In this document: positions 11,605 through 24,775 of the stretch, piece by piece
How positions within the stretch are numbered: the first letter of the stretch is position 1
Layout: every line of letters starts with the position of its first letter
Origin: Microthyrium microscopicum
Taxonomy: Eukaryota
Assembly (NCBI GenBank): GCA_010405405.1
Contig: MU004238.1
Span: forward strand, 197,530 to 261,529
Direction of reading: 5' to 3'
Length of the DNA stretch: 64,000 bases
Notes under the pieces: model-generated
Told to the model about the DNA's origin: nothing
Databases searched by the model: none
Seen by the model: only the letters and a program-made list of their open reading frames with translations
Translations under genes and position numbers: made by a program

Positions 11605-14101
11605 TTACCAGCCCCAGCCGGAGGACTTCTTCTCCTCAACTTTGGCATTCTAAAACCTGTGTTAGCTCGGTGAAGGAGAAATGGGGTCTGGTGATCTTAC
11701 CTTGAACCAGCGTCCATAACCATATCCAGTTGGTGTTGGAGGCTGTGGTGGGCCGTAGTACCAGCCAGTTGGATATCCGCGGTTCTCAGAGGTGGTGGAG
11801 CCGGGTGTTTCGGCGGAGGCAGAAGAGGAGACGGTTGAAGACACTTCAGCGGATGTAACGGAGGAGGTGATGAAGGTGCTTGGCACGGAGGAGGCGGGGA
11901 TGCTGGACTCGGAAAAGGTGGGCACTAGACCGCTGCTGCTGGGGGAGCTGGTGGCAGGAGAGCTGGTGGTGCTGATGCCGTTCTCGGTGTTGGTGGATGA
12001 GCTGATGGCGGTGGTGGAGTTGGCGGGTGCGGATGTCACGGGCGTGGAACTCGCTGGAGAGGAAGTCTCTGGCGTTGAGCTGGCTGGTGATGAAGACTCT
12101 GGAGTTGAGCTTGCTGGAGAAGATGACTCTGGAGTAGAGCTTGCTGGAGAAGATGACTCTGGAGTAGAGCTGGCTGGAGAGGATGTCACTGGAGTAGAGC
12201 TCGCTGGTGATGAAGTCTCAGGAGTGGAGCTAGCTGGTGAAGAAGTCTCAGGAGTGGAGCTGGCTGGTGATGAACTCTCAGGGGTAGAGCTTGCTGGAGA
12301 AGAGGACTCTGGAGTTGAGCTCGCTGGCGAAGACGACTCGGGAGTCGAGCTAGCCGGAGAAGACGATTCTGGAGTTGAGCTAGCTGGCGAAGAGGTCACT
12401 GGAGTAGAGCTGGCTGGAGAAGACGACTCAGGCGTGGCACTAACAGGAGCAGAAGAAACCTCAGTAGACGACGCAGGCACAATCGAGCTTAAATTCGCGG
12501 ACGAGTAGATAGAGGCCGAAGATACTGGAACAGATGACTCGACCGTCGAGCTTGCTGGCGCATAAGTAGATGGCGTCAAGGACGCAACAGAGCCAGAGCT
12601 AGTGGCCGTGGCATTGACGATGCTGCTGGGAATCTCTGAGCTGGAGACCGAGAAGATGGTTTCGCTGCTGCTTGGGCTTGATACTGCTGGAGGACCGCCA
12701 TAGTACCAGCTTGGGTATAGGGGAGTGCTGCTGACTGACTCGACGGACAAACTTCCAGTGCTCAATGGAATAGACGCTGAGGATGAGGATGGTCCGGTGG
12801 TCAATGGAGCGGTGACTGAACCAGTGCCAAGCTCAATGGAGGACGAGGAGCTAACTCCAAAGGCAGTTGAGCTGGAGATATCGGTCTCAGTACCAGTACG
12901 GGGCTTGTCGGTTGTGCTTGCGGACTCGGAGGAGCTAGCAGTTGGGCCGGCGATTTCAGTGCTGTTTGGGAAAGAAACAATGTCGCTGGGAGAGCTGCTT
13001 GGGACAGAGATACCAGTGGACAGAACAATGACAGTAGTACCAGTTGAAATGGTGACGGTGATTTCGCTGCTGGATGGGCTGCTGTCTGTACTCAGGGGGA
13101 TGCCAGTGCTCAGAGATCCAACAGATGCTGGAGTGCTGTAAGAGTACGATGGAGGCAACGGTGGAGCAGAGGAGCTTGAGTTCAGCGAGAATGTTGGTCC
13201 GGTCTCAACGCCCGAGGACGATGGCACACTGGTGGGGAGAATGGCCGAGCTTGGGTAACCAGTAGACAGGATGATTGAAGAGCTTTCACCGGTGCTCAGG
13301 ATCAACGAGCTAGACGAAGAGACAGGGGCAGTAGGATATCCGGATGCGGCAGTAGAGTTGAACCAAGCAGAAGAAATGGGGAACTCCGAGCTTGAGGGAG
13401 TTGGGTATCCCGAAACGGAAATGCCAGTGGACAGTGAGATGGAAGTATCGGCAGTGACGCTAGATGGTGATCCAGTGCTTAGGATCAGAGTGGACGACGT
13501 AGAGTTGTTGCCCAAGGTCTCATGAGTGCATGGAGGAGTCGTTCCAGCAGCGCTCACAGAGCTGCTTGTAGCAGTAGGTCCAACGACAACTGAGCTGTCA
13601 GTGCCAATGGACGAAGAAGACGCTGGAATACTGGACTCGGAAAAGGTGCCAGTGCGAGGTGAGCCAGTAGAGCTAGCCGAGTCGGATGATCCAGTCACAG
13701 TGACAACATTGGTGCTGGTCTCGATATAGGTTACAATGGTATCTGTACTTGCCGAGGAAGTCGGCGAGGCAGAGGCCAGAATTGAGCCGGAGCTGGCAGG
13801 TTTGGAGGGCCAGCCATAGAGTTTCCCTAGATATTGTGTCAGTTTCACGATCTCAAGTTCTGGAGTACTATATAGGACTGCGCAACGGGTGAGGAACGTA
13901 GTACCCTTCCAAGGTATAAATTGTGGTGTACAAAGCCGTTGAGTACGACAAAAGGGTAAGTTGACAATGTATGACAATCGCAAAGCCAATCTTGTGAAAA
14001 TGATAGGACTATTTTGTGCAGGTTCTTGACTTACATGGCAAAGGCTCAGCACCAACGACTGCGGCCATAGCCGCAACCGGAGCAATATCTGCGAGCTTCA
14101 T
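11605..14101 (-). CDS. Secreted Ser/Thr-rich mucin/adhesin-like protein with a 10-aa tandem repeat, 3 exons
   Basis: Signal peptide MKLADIAPVAAMAAVVGA. Intron 14034-13827. Long S/T/P-rich body. Intron 11700-11650 gives the C-terminus NAKVEEKKSSGWGW*. No GPI-type hydrophobic tail. Confidence 0.8.
12013..12455 (-). repeat. Coding minisatellite, 30-bp unit encoding SSPASSTP(E/V)(S/T), 13 full copies plus 2 degenerate flanking copies
   Basis: Recurring GGAGT(A/T/G)GAGCT.GCTGG.GA on the + strand with 30-nt period and many synonymous differences. Confidence 0.92.
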
Positions 14102-15518
14102 GATTCACAACGGTTGGTGTATGGACAAAAGCAAATCAAATTGAAGAGAAGGACTGAAGAAGAAGCAGCCAGAGACACACAAGCGAGAGAAGGTCAAACT
14201 GCCGTGTCGAATTGAAGGATGACAAGAAAAGCATGAAGCAACAGCGAGCATCACCTCCACTTTATACAACACTTAATCTTAACCTCTGCCGTTCTACGGT
14301 AGCTAGTGACTTATGCAACCTGCTGGTTTGAATCCTAGACAATTGTCCGGCTCTGCAATACGTCGGACACGGAAACAGTGCTTCTTGCAGTCAATATCGC
14401 AGCAAGGATGGCATTAAAAAAAGGCGGTGGATAGCAACGGCCTACTGCCTCGCGTTAGGCATTATCCCGCCATCTTTTCTGGCTTCATACAAAAAAGTTG
14501 GGCGGTGTATCGACCGTTTGCAAGGAGTCCCAAATTGGAAACAGATATGTCTCTGGTTTTGGTATACGATGCAGATTCGCCACGGCGTTGGCCCAGGAGA
14601 TGCGTGGCGCTGTGGAAGGCTGGCGGAAGATACTGTATGCTAGGGGAAGAAGCCTATGGAAATTCGCTGCGGGAAAGACTTTTTGCAGCTTCAACTGAAA
14701 CTCCTATGTGCTCCCGAAGGATATCCACATAGTATGCTATCAATGGCTCCTCTGTGACACCACGGAAGGCTGAGGCTGGCTTATGACGTTAGGGAGCGAC
14801 TTATTGGGGGTTGATGCTGGTTGTGAGAAAACTAGGACAATTAGAGGTGTTACTTTTAGAAATTGTCCGATGTCTGTTTCTGTGTAAGCAAAATGCGGTT
14901 GTTAAGATGAACTTGACTTACAGTGCGAGTCTAACATCTTGATACTTGGCTCTGTGTATTGCTCCATGGTTTGTTGTATCACTACTATCAGGGCATTTAT
15001 GGTTCAAGATCACGTCAATGGTATCAGTTTCCCAGCTTGTGAAGAGGAGAATCAATTCTGCACAACAGAATACTGTGGAGCAACGGCTCGTTGGACGACA
15101 TTGGCCTGTCGTTCAGGTGGGTTCACAAGACAAGGCTTGGTCTGTCAGGTACCCGAGCGCGTCTGGTGTAACAACAATAATAATTGCAAGATCGACGAGT
15201 CAAATGTGGCCTTGCATCTTTGAGTACTGAGCTTTGAGGGGTCAATGTTGCTTCGCATTTCTGACACTAATTCTTCTTTAGCTATCGAACAGGGTCTGAA
15301 GCAAATATGATATGCATGTGTTTTAACCCTCCCCTGCTTTCATTATTTCATTAATTGAGCCTCAAAGCTCTTTGAAAGCAGCATTAGTCAACTCCAGGGA
15401 CATCGCCATGTCGCATTGCGCAATAACGCCCGCGGATTTGCTCCGCATGTTGCTTGGTATCACGAACAAGTAAAGAAAAGGTTCGTGTATGGTTCTTAAA
15501 GTGTGGTGTGTTGGAAAC

Positions 15519-16486
15519 CTAGTCTTGTGTGTAGTAGTTGGACTGATAACCATAGTCCCAGTTTTGTCCAGAATTGCTGTCATTGAAATTGATATCTGCA
15601 AACAGGTCCAGAGGAGCTGGGTCTATTACCACGTCCCGCTCGGTTATTCGGAGTTCAGAATCAGTATCCTTTCCCGCATCCATTTCTTTATTTGTAGAAA
15701 ATTGCGTTGGTGTGAGAAAATGCGTGTTTGGTGTGGATGGAATAGGAGGTGACTGCATTGGATGTGTGGAAGGATACATGGGGCCGAAGTTGGCAGTAAA
15801 AGAGCCCGGACCCGGCGAAAGAGGCGAAGGCGATGTCGGAATGCCTGGTGAGGAAGCATTGTTCTGATTCATCCATGAGGGGTACATAAATGTCTGTTGT
15901 TGCTGTTGTTCAAACCCAGAGCCTTGGTAAGATTGCATATAGGGTGAACTTGGATTGGATTGGTTGTCTCCTCCGGCTCCGTTCGTGGAGAGTTGTCCCA
16001 TGTGGAACGGGTATGGTGAGTAGCCGACAAAATTTGGGTTCAACGCCATCCGTAGCCTATTGACGCGCTGCTCGTACTCTGGATCCTCCTCTTCGTACAT
16101 CTCTTCGTTGAGAACGGCTTCCTCTGTAACCCTTAGAGCTCGTCCAACTCGTCGTTTGTGGATCTCAGATGCTCGTCGAGCTGACTCTAATCTAGCCTCT
16201 ATACTTCGATCGCTGCGCCTTGACGCGGCAATGTATGCTCTGAAATAAAATATAAGCGGCTGAAATGGTAATCACGGGTGATATCAATAACTTACCGCTC
16301 TTGGTTTTCCTCATGGGTTCTGCCGCTCGCCGATACATCTTGGGAGTTCCGTCGTTTGCTTGTTTTCTCTGTTCTTATGGGTCCCCGCTTAGGGAGAGGT
16401 GTGCTTTGATCTTGTTTCTGAGCAGCTTTTACGGGTGCTACTTGTTGATTCGCTCTCGGCACGGCCGGGTCAATTCTGGACGACAT
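15519..16486 (-). CDS. Uncharacterised fungal protein with a basic helical domain and Q/P/S-rich low-complexity tail (regulator-like), 2 exons (intron 16295-16240)
   Basis: Splicing joins HEENQER|AYIAASRRSDRSIEARLESARRASEIHKRRVGRALRVTEEAVLNEEMYEEE, a block I recall as conserved in Pezizomycotina. Confidence 0.75.
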
Positions 16487-18775
16487 TGCGGCCAGATTGT
16501 GGTGCTTGGTGTAAGAGAAAATAGTAGGATCAATCGGTAGTAGCAATTACACCAAATGGTTGAACCGAAAAGTCGAAAAAGTTGAAAGTGGTTAGTCGGA
16601 TATTTTGTAAATGCCACAGATCGTCGGAGATGAATAATATTTGGGACTGATAGAGGTTGAGAGTATTGTGTATTGATAGAATGAACTAGGATCAGACAAT
16701 CGGAATTCTTTTGATCTTTTTGTACAACCAAAACACACAGGTGACAGAATTGAAGTCTAGAAAGTTGTGTCGTAGAGTGGTTTATGAAGAACAGGAAGAG
16801 TGCGATAAGAGGGCAAATTGTGGACGAAAAGAGTCAAGAGAAGCGTAGAGACTAGACAAGTAGAAGAATGGGTGGCGACAGAGAAGGAGTTTAAAGATCA
16901 ACGTTGATCGTTCCAGGAAGGTTGGTTGGTTGGAAGACTAAAGTCGTAAACTGACAGCGGGGAACGCCAGAGTTCAATCTAGGCCATGGTTGGTTTGGTT
17001 GGTTCGATCTGATCGAGCTTTTGTCTATCTCCTCTTTCCGCGTATTATATACTTCTCGATCGCCAAGATCTGTTTTGAATTGCTTTGTTCTTCATGTATG
17101 GTCGTGCTCCTAGACCTCGCGTATATTCAGGTCTGATTAGAGCTTAGCCTTGCTTACATCCAGCATTGTATACAATTACTTCTCATCATCTGATAGCGCG
17201 AAACTCAAATCCATCCTGGTGGCACCCTATCCGGCCCAATGTCAGCCCGTTCCCTCATTTTTCTGCAAGATTACGTCCGTTCACCCTCTTAAGCCCAGCC
17301 TTGACTGCATTTCATTGCAGATTGATATCGCCGTCGTGAATATTCCCAACCACTCCAAAAGTCTTCATTTCGCTGCAGCTAACATGACTGCGATTCTGCG
17401 ACAAACCACTGTTTCAAAACCATCACGGCTTCATGTGGGAGTAGCGGATGAGGTTGGTATACCGTAGAGTAGTTCTTATCCTACTGCAAGTCTAAATCGC
17501 CAAGCACACAAACCTCGGCGCGACGACGGCGGTACAAAAGCGCGACCAAAAACCAACGGTTTTCCTAGCGCAAGGTAAAGTATTTGGAAAAGAATAAAAC
17601 GTGCTCCCTTAAGCCTCGAGTCCGTTCATACGCAGGAACCAAAGAAACGTACCTAATTGTTGCGCTGAACAACAGGACTTTGAATGAATTTCTGTTCCTT
17701 GCGACAGATCACCACTCTATAAAGGAATTCCCAAGCACTGAGCAGGATATGTATCGAAATCCCCAAAATTCCCAATAGGCATGTGCAAGGAAATGATCAC
17801 CCATATGGCATTTTGTCAAAAGTAGCATCTGCATGGCAAATGCCAGGTACTGATTCAAACCCCCATTCTTTTGCCTTGTTCCTTGCGAAGAAGATTCGTA
17901 TCCCGTATAAATTCGGGATGTTGGCGATTGGACAATTGCCAATTAACGCTAGTCATTCTGCTAGCTTCAACTGCATGCTTCGGGTCTGCTAGACTGTAGT
18001 GATCGCCGATCAACGTCACAGCACCGTTCTTCTTAAACCTTTGGCCATGACCTTTTTACACTTTTCCATACGATACTACTACGATTGCCTTATTTTTACC
18101 TGACTGGTGGTCTGAGGCCCAAAAAGGCCCTGCTAATTTTCACAAGTCATCCTTACCAAGGTGCGAATTATGCCTGCAATAACGGCTTGTTCCGCATTGG
18201 CATTGGTCTTAATGGTCAGCAGAATTGACTCTCGTAGCGTGGGACTTTGACCTGCTTGGGGATTGACGGTTTCTTCAACGGTACGTACCAAAGAGCGTGG
18301 GGATTCTAGAAAAGTTCCATTGAGTCTCCCTGGCAACATGTAACGTCATTTGTCGTCATTTTGCTTCTGTAGCGTCATCTTGTTAATATCAATAACCGCG
18401 ATCTGAACTTTAAGAGGCCGCAGGGTCCTCTTGCGGTCTGGATCTGGCAACGTGGTTTGAATCTGATGTGCATAACACTATTTGAAATCGCACGAATCTT
18501 GTCTACGCTTCTCGGCCGATATGAAGTCCAGTCTTGGCTTGTGCCATTTCTTTGCACATAACTATGTGGAAGAAAGGACCCTGTTGTGGTAGTGATATGA
18601 CAATGCAATGAATTCATATCGATCTAATGCTATTCATGATTAACGCCGTTCTGAATGCCTTTTGTTCCTCTCGAGCCCCTCTTCAGTCATTCACGATCGT
18701 ACTATAACAGGAGCCAGCCCTATGGCATCAACCAGCATTTTTGCCTCTCTTCGCTTTCTGCGGCGCAGTTCTATC

Positions 18776-20117
18776 CTATTTGGCCACCGCCGCAGACAGC
18801 ACTTGAGTACGGAAGAAACCACCTTTCGTCCTCTCGATAACTTGTTGGTAGACTGATTGTGGTGGGTGATTCATATCCACTGTGCCGGCTTGATAGTCAA
18901 TCTTGGCATCTACACGGGTATCGCGAATGAGGTTGACGATCCATTTCTCCCCTTCGTCTTCCGACAGACCGAGGCGGGCGGAGAGATCCCTAGAGTGAAT
19001 TAGTTTGTGTTCTTGGAATTGATAGTGAGGATGCTTACTTGATGTCGATGCGTTGATGGATTTTGCAATAGCTTTCTGAGATAAGATGGCGAGCAGAGTC
19101 AACGAATGCATCTGTCGATGATGTGAGGAAGAAGTCTTCTCTCAGAAGTTGCTCAGCCTCGCTCAATTTCTTTTGAGCTTCTTCAAAATCGAAATCCAGG
19201 TATAGTGCGCGAACAAAATCAGTTAGAGGATCCGAGTATTCGTATCCTTCTTGTCTCACAACACGGATCAGATCCTTGAGCTGTTTCTGGTATGTGTTGC
19301 TATGCCGATTACGGCTTCGGTTGGTGATGACTGCAGCTGTGAGGTATCTCAGGATCCAAGGGCAGAGTGTTTGGATGGTGTTGATGAAGGCGGGTTGAAA
19401 GAACATGTCTGTCAATGTATCTCGCGCGGCATCGAAGTTGAAGAAGGGGAATAGCGACCAGTGTATTAGCCATGTCCGGCTTTGTAGTTGAGCGAATGAG
19501 TTGGAGTATAGGCGGGATTCGATGCTCTCTTTGACCTTTGTGATTTCCTCCAACGCAGGCTCCCATTCAGTAGAGAGTATTTCTGATGCCAGTTTGCCCC
19601 ACGTTGCGGCGTTGACCTTGTCGTTGTCCGTGGACAACACGCGGAACTGGTAAAGCAACTCAGCGGACTCAGCATAAGCACCACAGCTATACTGGAATTG
19701 TCCATAGTTGTAGAGCGCCTCAACCATCTCTTCCGTCACGCCGTGTGTTTCTTTAAGATAGTTCAAATTGGCAACTTTGTCGCTGCGCAAATTTTGAATG
19801 ACCTCCGAATCTCCGAGCAGGTCCCGAATCTTGCTTGTGCTATCCTCCAGTTGTGCTCTCTTCTTCAAGACATCCTCTCGCTTTTTGTCGTAATCTTTGG
19901 ATGGTTCTGAAAGCCCTCGAATTTCCTGGTCCAAGCCACCAACGAAATCGGTCATGTTGGTCTCTTTGAGCAGCTCAAACTTGAACTTTGTGAGTTCGTC
20001 CGAGGGTTCGAAATCGGCGACGATAGGGTATATGAGATGGCGATCGAGAAAGGGAATCATCTTGGGCAGAACATCGTATTGAGATTCGAGCTCAAGCCCG
20101 TCCGGTTTGGCTGCCAT
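18776..20117 (-). CDS. INT6: Translation initiation factor eIF3 subunit e, 2 exons (intron 19038-18990)
   Basis: [31 protein letters not shown] and PCI domain ending [17 protein letters not shown]. Confidence 0.96.
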
Positions 20118-20463
20118 ATTTGCGGCTTGCGCGATTTGTCTTGTCGAATGTACGGAGCGCAGTACAAGACGAAAGAAATGTACAGGTCCAGGAACAGGTT
20201 ATGTAGAGGGCGCGAGAGAGGGGAGAGTGTTTGTGGTGGTGCCAGGTGAGCAAGCGAAGCGGGACATCAAAGTTGCGATTTTGGTGTGCGGGAGGTGCTA
20301 CTCTCTAATTGGCCATCGCGTACAACCCCTGTCAGGTCTTGGCATCAACTTTTTGGACGACAACTTCAATTCACAGATTCATCATTTCTCGTCCACTCAG
20401 ATCAACTTTGCAAAGCATTCATTCACGTTTTTTCAAGTTCATTCTTGACACTGAAATATCACA

Positions 20464-21090
20464 ATGGAGTCACTACGATTGATCCGGCTGAATCGAATCC
20501 TTACTCGGGCACGAATACTGGATGGTGAGCTCAATGGACTTTCTCCCGCAACCTTAAGTTAACATTCTTCTCTAGTCAATCTCAGAACTTCCCTGTTAAA
20601 CAACTCTTCCTTTTCTCGGGCGTCGGCTGCACAGATAAGAAAGATACAAACATCTCACGAGACATCGATACCTTCGGAAGACATCTCCGAGACCATCGCT
20701 CGCAAAGTTAGCAAAGCTGAAAACAGAGGCTCTTCACCCGCCAAGATCGTATCAGAAGGAGATAGCAGCACATCCGCGGAGACAACACCAGCATCGGATT
20801 CTCCATTAGCCTCACAACCCACTACCGAGCAACCACTTCTTCCTTACCACGTATCCCGCAGCCATCGCAACGGGTTCCCCATATACTATGATTACAAAGG
20901 CAACCGGACATTACATCAGACAATAGTGCGGAAGATAACAGGCGATGCGGTGGCACTCAAGAACGACCTGATTGAGCATTTGCAGATTGATAAGAAACTG
21001 GCACATGTCAAGCAACCCACGAATCAGGTGGTGATAAAAGGACAATATAAGACGCAGATTACAGAGTTCTTGCAATTAAAGCGATTTTAA
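20464..21090 (+). CDS. IMG2: Mitochondrial large-subunit ribosomal protein mL49 (Img2), 2 exons (intron 20525-20575), not in the ORF track
   Basis: 191 aa spliced ORF with an Arg-rich presequence and C-terminal LPYHVSRS..GFPIYYDYKGNRTLHQTIVRKITGD..LKNDL...VVIKG....ITEFLQLKRF. Confidence 0.88.
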
Positions 21091-21596
21091 AGCCTCCTAC
21101 TGCGATTTATATATACCAATACAAAGATTACGATATTGCTTCAATTCCTGGTCTGCACATGTGAGCAGAACCGCATTTTTAGTACTACTGATCGGGGCTC
21201 GGCTGCTCTATGAGCAAAAGTTCGGTGTCTAGAAAGGCCCAAGTCACTTAAGGGAATCGCTTTGCTGACCTCAACAAGGAGGACACGAACATTGACGAGC
21301 TTGCCATCACATCAAAACTTTGGAAAAAAAGGGGTAAACTTATGTACTTGAGGTGGTATTTTGATCCGTCCTTTAGCGCCTTCCCAAATGGATGATTCCG
21401 TGTCGTACCTGCCTTTAGACCCAGTCGCGACTTCCTCCTCGAACCTCCCAAGGTCAGGCAGCTTTCGATGGCAAATGTGGATGCCTAATCGGAGTGGCTT
21501 CACCACGCGCACATTTAAAAACCAAACTTCATCCTACATTCTCTCATCAATTGCTGGTCAGACAACCACAACCACGCAGCTCAGGGCGAAGTCAGC

Positions 21597-23089
21597 ATGG
21601 ATAACGAAAATTCATTGCCCAATGACTGGGCAATCGTTCCCCACCCAACTTCCAAATACTCGTACCTCGATAAGGACTATTATCGCAGCTGGGGATCGGC
21701 ACCACGATATGATTCAGTCCGAGACATCCTCATCACGAGCCTTCCATCACTTAAGAGAGAAAACCCAGCACCAGCTCGCCAGCAGATGGGTCAACCCCAT
21801 CTACTCAGTCTTCCGACAGAACTTCTTGACGAGATAGTCGACTACGCCTGTTTCGCAACCTCTCACTCGGGACTTAGATATGCAAATCTCGCAGTTGTCC
21901 GGCAACTGGTACAAGTGTGTCGCCATTTTCGCAAGTCTTCTCGCCGGCTGCTCTTTTATCATCTTGAGCTCATCTATCATTCCAAAAATTCAGATCGCTC
22001 ACTTGACCTCGTGGATCGAAGCAAAACCCGTCATCACCTCGGCCACCTACCAGCTGATGCCTGGGGTTTTTGTGCATCTGTCAGTTTGAAGATACGAGGC
22101 GTGGCCAAAGATCGTCGAGATGTTGACCTCTCCCGACATTGCCACTACTTCAAGACCCGTTTAGGTCGTGTGAAGTATCTGCAAATTGAATCAAACATGA
22201 GCTTGATTCATCCCGGTCACTCAGAAATGTTGAATAGTATGCTCTTGATCATGCCGCAGGTCGACCACCTTTATTGGACATGTTACGAGGAAGTCATGTC
22301 ACTAGATCCGGACATGCTGGCACAGTCCCTTGTGTTCCTCAAAAAGCTCAAGCATGTTCACTTTGGGCATGACGTTCTCTATGATTGGCAGACAGTCGTC
22401 AATGTTACAGCTCTGCTAAGTTCGACTCTCGAGAAGCTCCGCGTTGGCCTACCAGCATATATCATAGAGGGGTCCAGCCATGGCGAGCATGAGGCTGTGG
22501 GCATTCTACTTCCCGACCCCATTGTTGACTCTCGACTGCAAGAGTTGCACATAGACGAGGATTTCTTTTGGGCTATAGTTCATGTAGATGCCATCGCCGC
22601 CTTCATGATTGGCTCTGCGACTCATACCTTGGTTATCGACCATCGTTCACCACTTACAGATTTCGATGTGCGAAGTGGCTTCGACGTTTCTATGTAAGAA
22701 CTCTCATCCAGCACACGTGGAGCTTCAGAACAAGGAACTCACTGCAGCTTTCTTTGGCCAACTTTGTACTAATAGCAAACAGGTGGATCGACTCATTGTC
22801 CGAGCTGACCCAGCCAAGCTTACAACATATTGAAATTTGTCCGCCAAATATCAGTGTCGCAGCTCTGGACCGCTTATGCGCAGAGGATAAATGGTCCCCA
22901 GAGGAGATACTAAACATTCAATACCCGTGGGATCAAATTGATCAGATTGCATCCCATTTTGCGCCTCTTGGCCGGTTTAGAGTCAGAGGCTCAGAAGTCA
23001 CAATCACGAGGGAAGACTTCCATAAGGCCAAAGATAGGTTACACAAACAAGCCCTCTTTGAGCTGCAGCATTTGGAGCTCGAGAGTTAG
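21597..23089 (+). CDS. F-box-like protein with an LRR-like C-terminal region, 2 exons (intron 22694-22782)
   Basis: LLSLPTELLDEIVDY...LVQVCRHFR F-box-like motif and LxxLxL-type repeats (VKYLQI, LKHVHF, LQELHI, LQHIEI). Confidence 0.7.
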
Positions 23090-23653
23090 GGACCTCAAGG
23101 CCTATTAGGCTACGAGAGACTGGAGGTTCTAGCTAGTGATTAGGCGGAAAAGGTCACAGGCTTCTAGCGAGTGCTTTCATCGTTGTGTATCGAATTAGTC
23201 CCTTGGTTTTCAATGTCCAACAATGTAAATTTATCCTCATTCTGCGAATATGCTTTGAGACCCAGACTCGATATTCTCAATGGAATGCTGCCTCCAATAA
23301 TCATAGCCATTGCCTCGCCTGATTTGTCCAGTCGGAAACAGATTCAAAATTAGAGCGACGTGTCCCATCTTTGCTTTTAACGGGTAGTCAAGGTGAGATG
23401 GTCTTCTCGTCACTTACTGCTCAAGAGCATCAATACGTTCCAGCAAGCTCTACAAATAATTATACCAGACACGCATTGGTCACAGAAGATGCTTCAAAGG
23501 TCAAAAATGTGGGAAAAAATATCAATTGACAAGTATATTAAGATAAGTCTATTCAAGCAAATATGCCCGGAATCGTTACATAAGAGATGACCTGGTCAGA
23601 CAAGCCTAACCGCTCAACTCCAACCACCACCGCCATCCTCGCTTCTTCAGCCA

Positions 23654-23959
23654 TCACCAGCCCTCACGGCGAAGCCGTTCAGACACCTCCTTCAACTTCT
23701 GGTTCCGGAGCTCAGCCCTCTCCTTCAAGGTGACCTCGTCGTTAGCCTTCTTTTCTTTGTGGGCTGCGTACTTGGTCTCACATTTGGCAAGGAGCTTGTC
23801 AGCAGCGGCGGCAGCCTTCGCATTTAGATAGCGAAGGTTAGCTAGTCGCCGCTCGGTAGTTGTTGGCTCTGGGTGAAGAGCCTCTTCGCCTGCGATCACT
23901 GACTTGTCGTCCGCGAATAGCTGGTCGAAGGTCTCATCGGTGTTTGCTCGGTGAGGCAT
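23654..23959 (-). CDS. Small hypothetical helical/coiled-coil protein (~101 aa)
   Basis: ATG after an AATCATATCA context, coding-like codon use, Ala/Lys/Glu-rich helix. No family recognised. Confidence 0.5.
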   Translation of the reverse strand: MPHRANTDETFDQLFADDKSVIAGEEALHPEPTTTERRLANLRYLNAKAAAAADKLLAKCETKYAAHKEKKANDEVTLKERAELRNQKLKEVSERLRREGW

Positions 23960-24775
23960 TGATATGATTGTGAAGCTGCTTTGATGAGAGTGAGCTTTGG
24001 GAACCTGGTTTAAGGCTTGGAGTTTGCAAAGCAGGATATGGTTCTCGAAGCTGATGATGAGTTGGAGATATTGACCCTTCCACATTGGGGTATATGTATA
24101 ACTCATAGGTTGATACGATTTTTCATTACAATTACTTGGTTGGACAATCAAGTCGTTGTTCTTGATAATCTACATATCTTTCATCTGTTGGTTTTGATAC
24201 CAAGTACAAACACTTTGTGCTGAAGTCATGTTCTTTGTTCCTAGAGCGACAATATCTTTCATCTCTTCGAAGCCATAGATGAAACTCTTAGGGACTTATG
24301 TATGTTTACCTACCCCTTACGGGTACTGCCTACGGGTACTCCTTACGGGAGGGGTCCCTACACAAGCTAAATGCTCAAGCGCAATGTCCTTGTCGTTGTA
24401 ATATACCTCGAGAATATATACAAAGCCATTATCATCAGCCATACAAAGGGATCTCTATCATCGATATCTTGTCAAGATTTCGGGCATCATCACATCGACT
24501 ACCAGCTGTAGACACCATTTGGAATGCCCTGAACAGGTCTCAGAGAGAGACTTCAAACAGGGCCGGAAGCCCGAAAGTGTTTAATGACGATTGTGCAAGG
24601 ACACAAAGAAACTACCACAGTAGTGCCATCGCTATGATATACGAACACTCTGTAGAATGAAATGACTAACAAGAAAGATATGGACAGAAGATTTCAAGGT
24701 ACACTATTGGTTTGGTAAGAATGTTATTGGTAATGATACTAGTGTTGAGTTTATTGTTAGCAAGTATACCGAGAA

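Noticed and set aside
12013..12455. CRISPR-like appearance of the 30-bp periodic repeat
   Set aside because: No unique spacers, variation falls at synonymous positions, and the context is a eukaryotic CDS.
11792..13729. Plus-strand ORFs with VELAGEDDSG repeats (11792-12508, 12725-13141 and others)
   Set aside because: These are antisense shadows of the Ser/Thr-rich gene; the minus strand has the signal peptide and introns.
18039..18125. Possible box C/D snoRNA (TTTGGCC..ATGACC....CTGA..GGCCCAAA)
   Set aside because: Box C is too divergent and the rRNA complementarity I could see is only ~8 nt.
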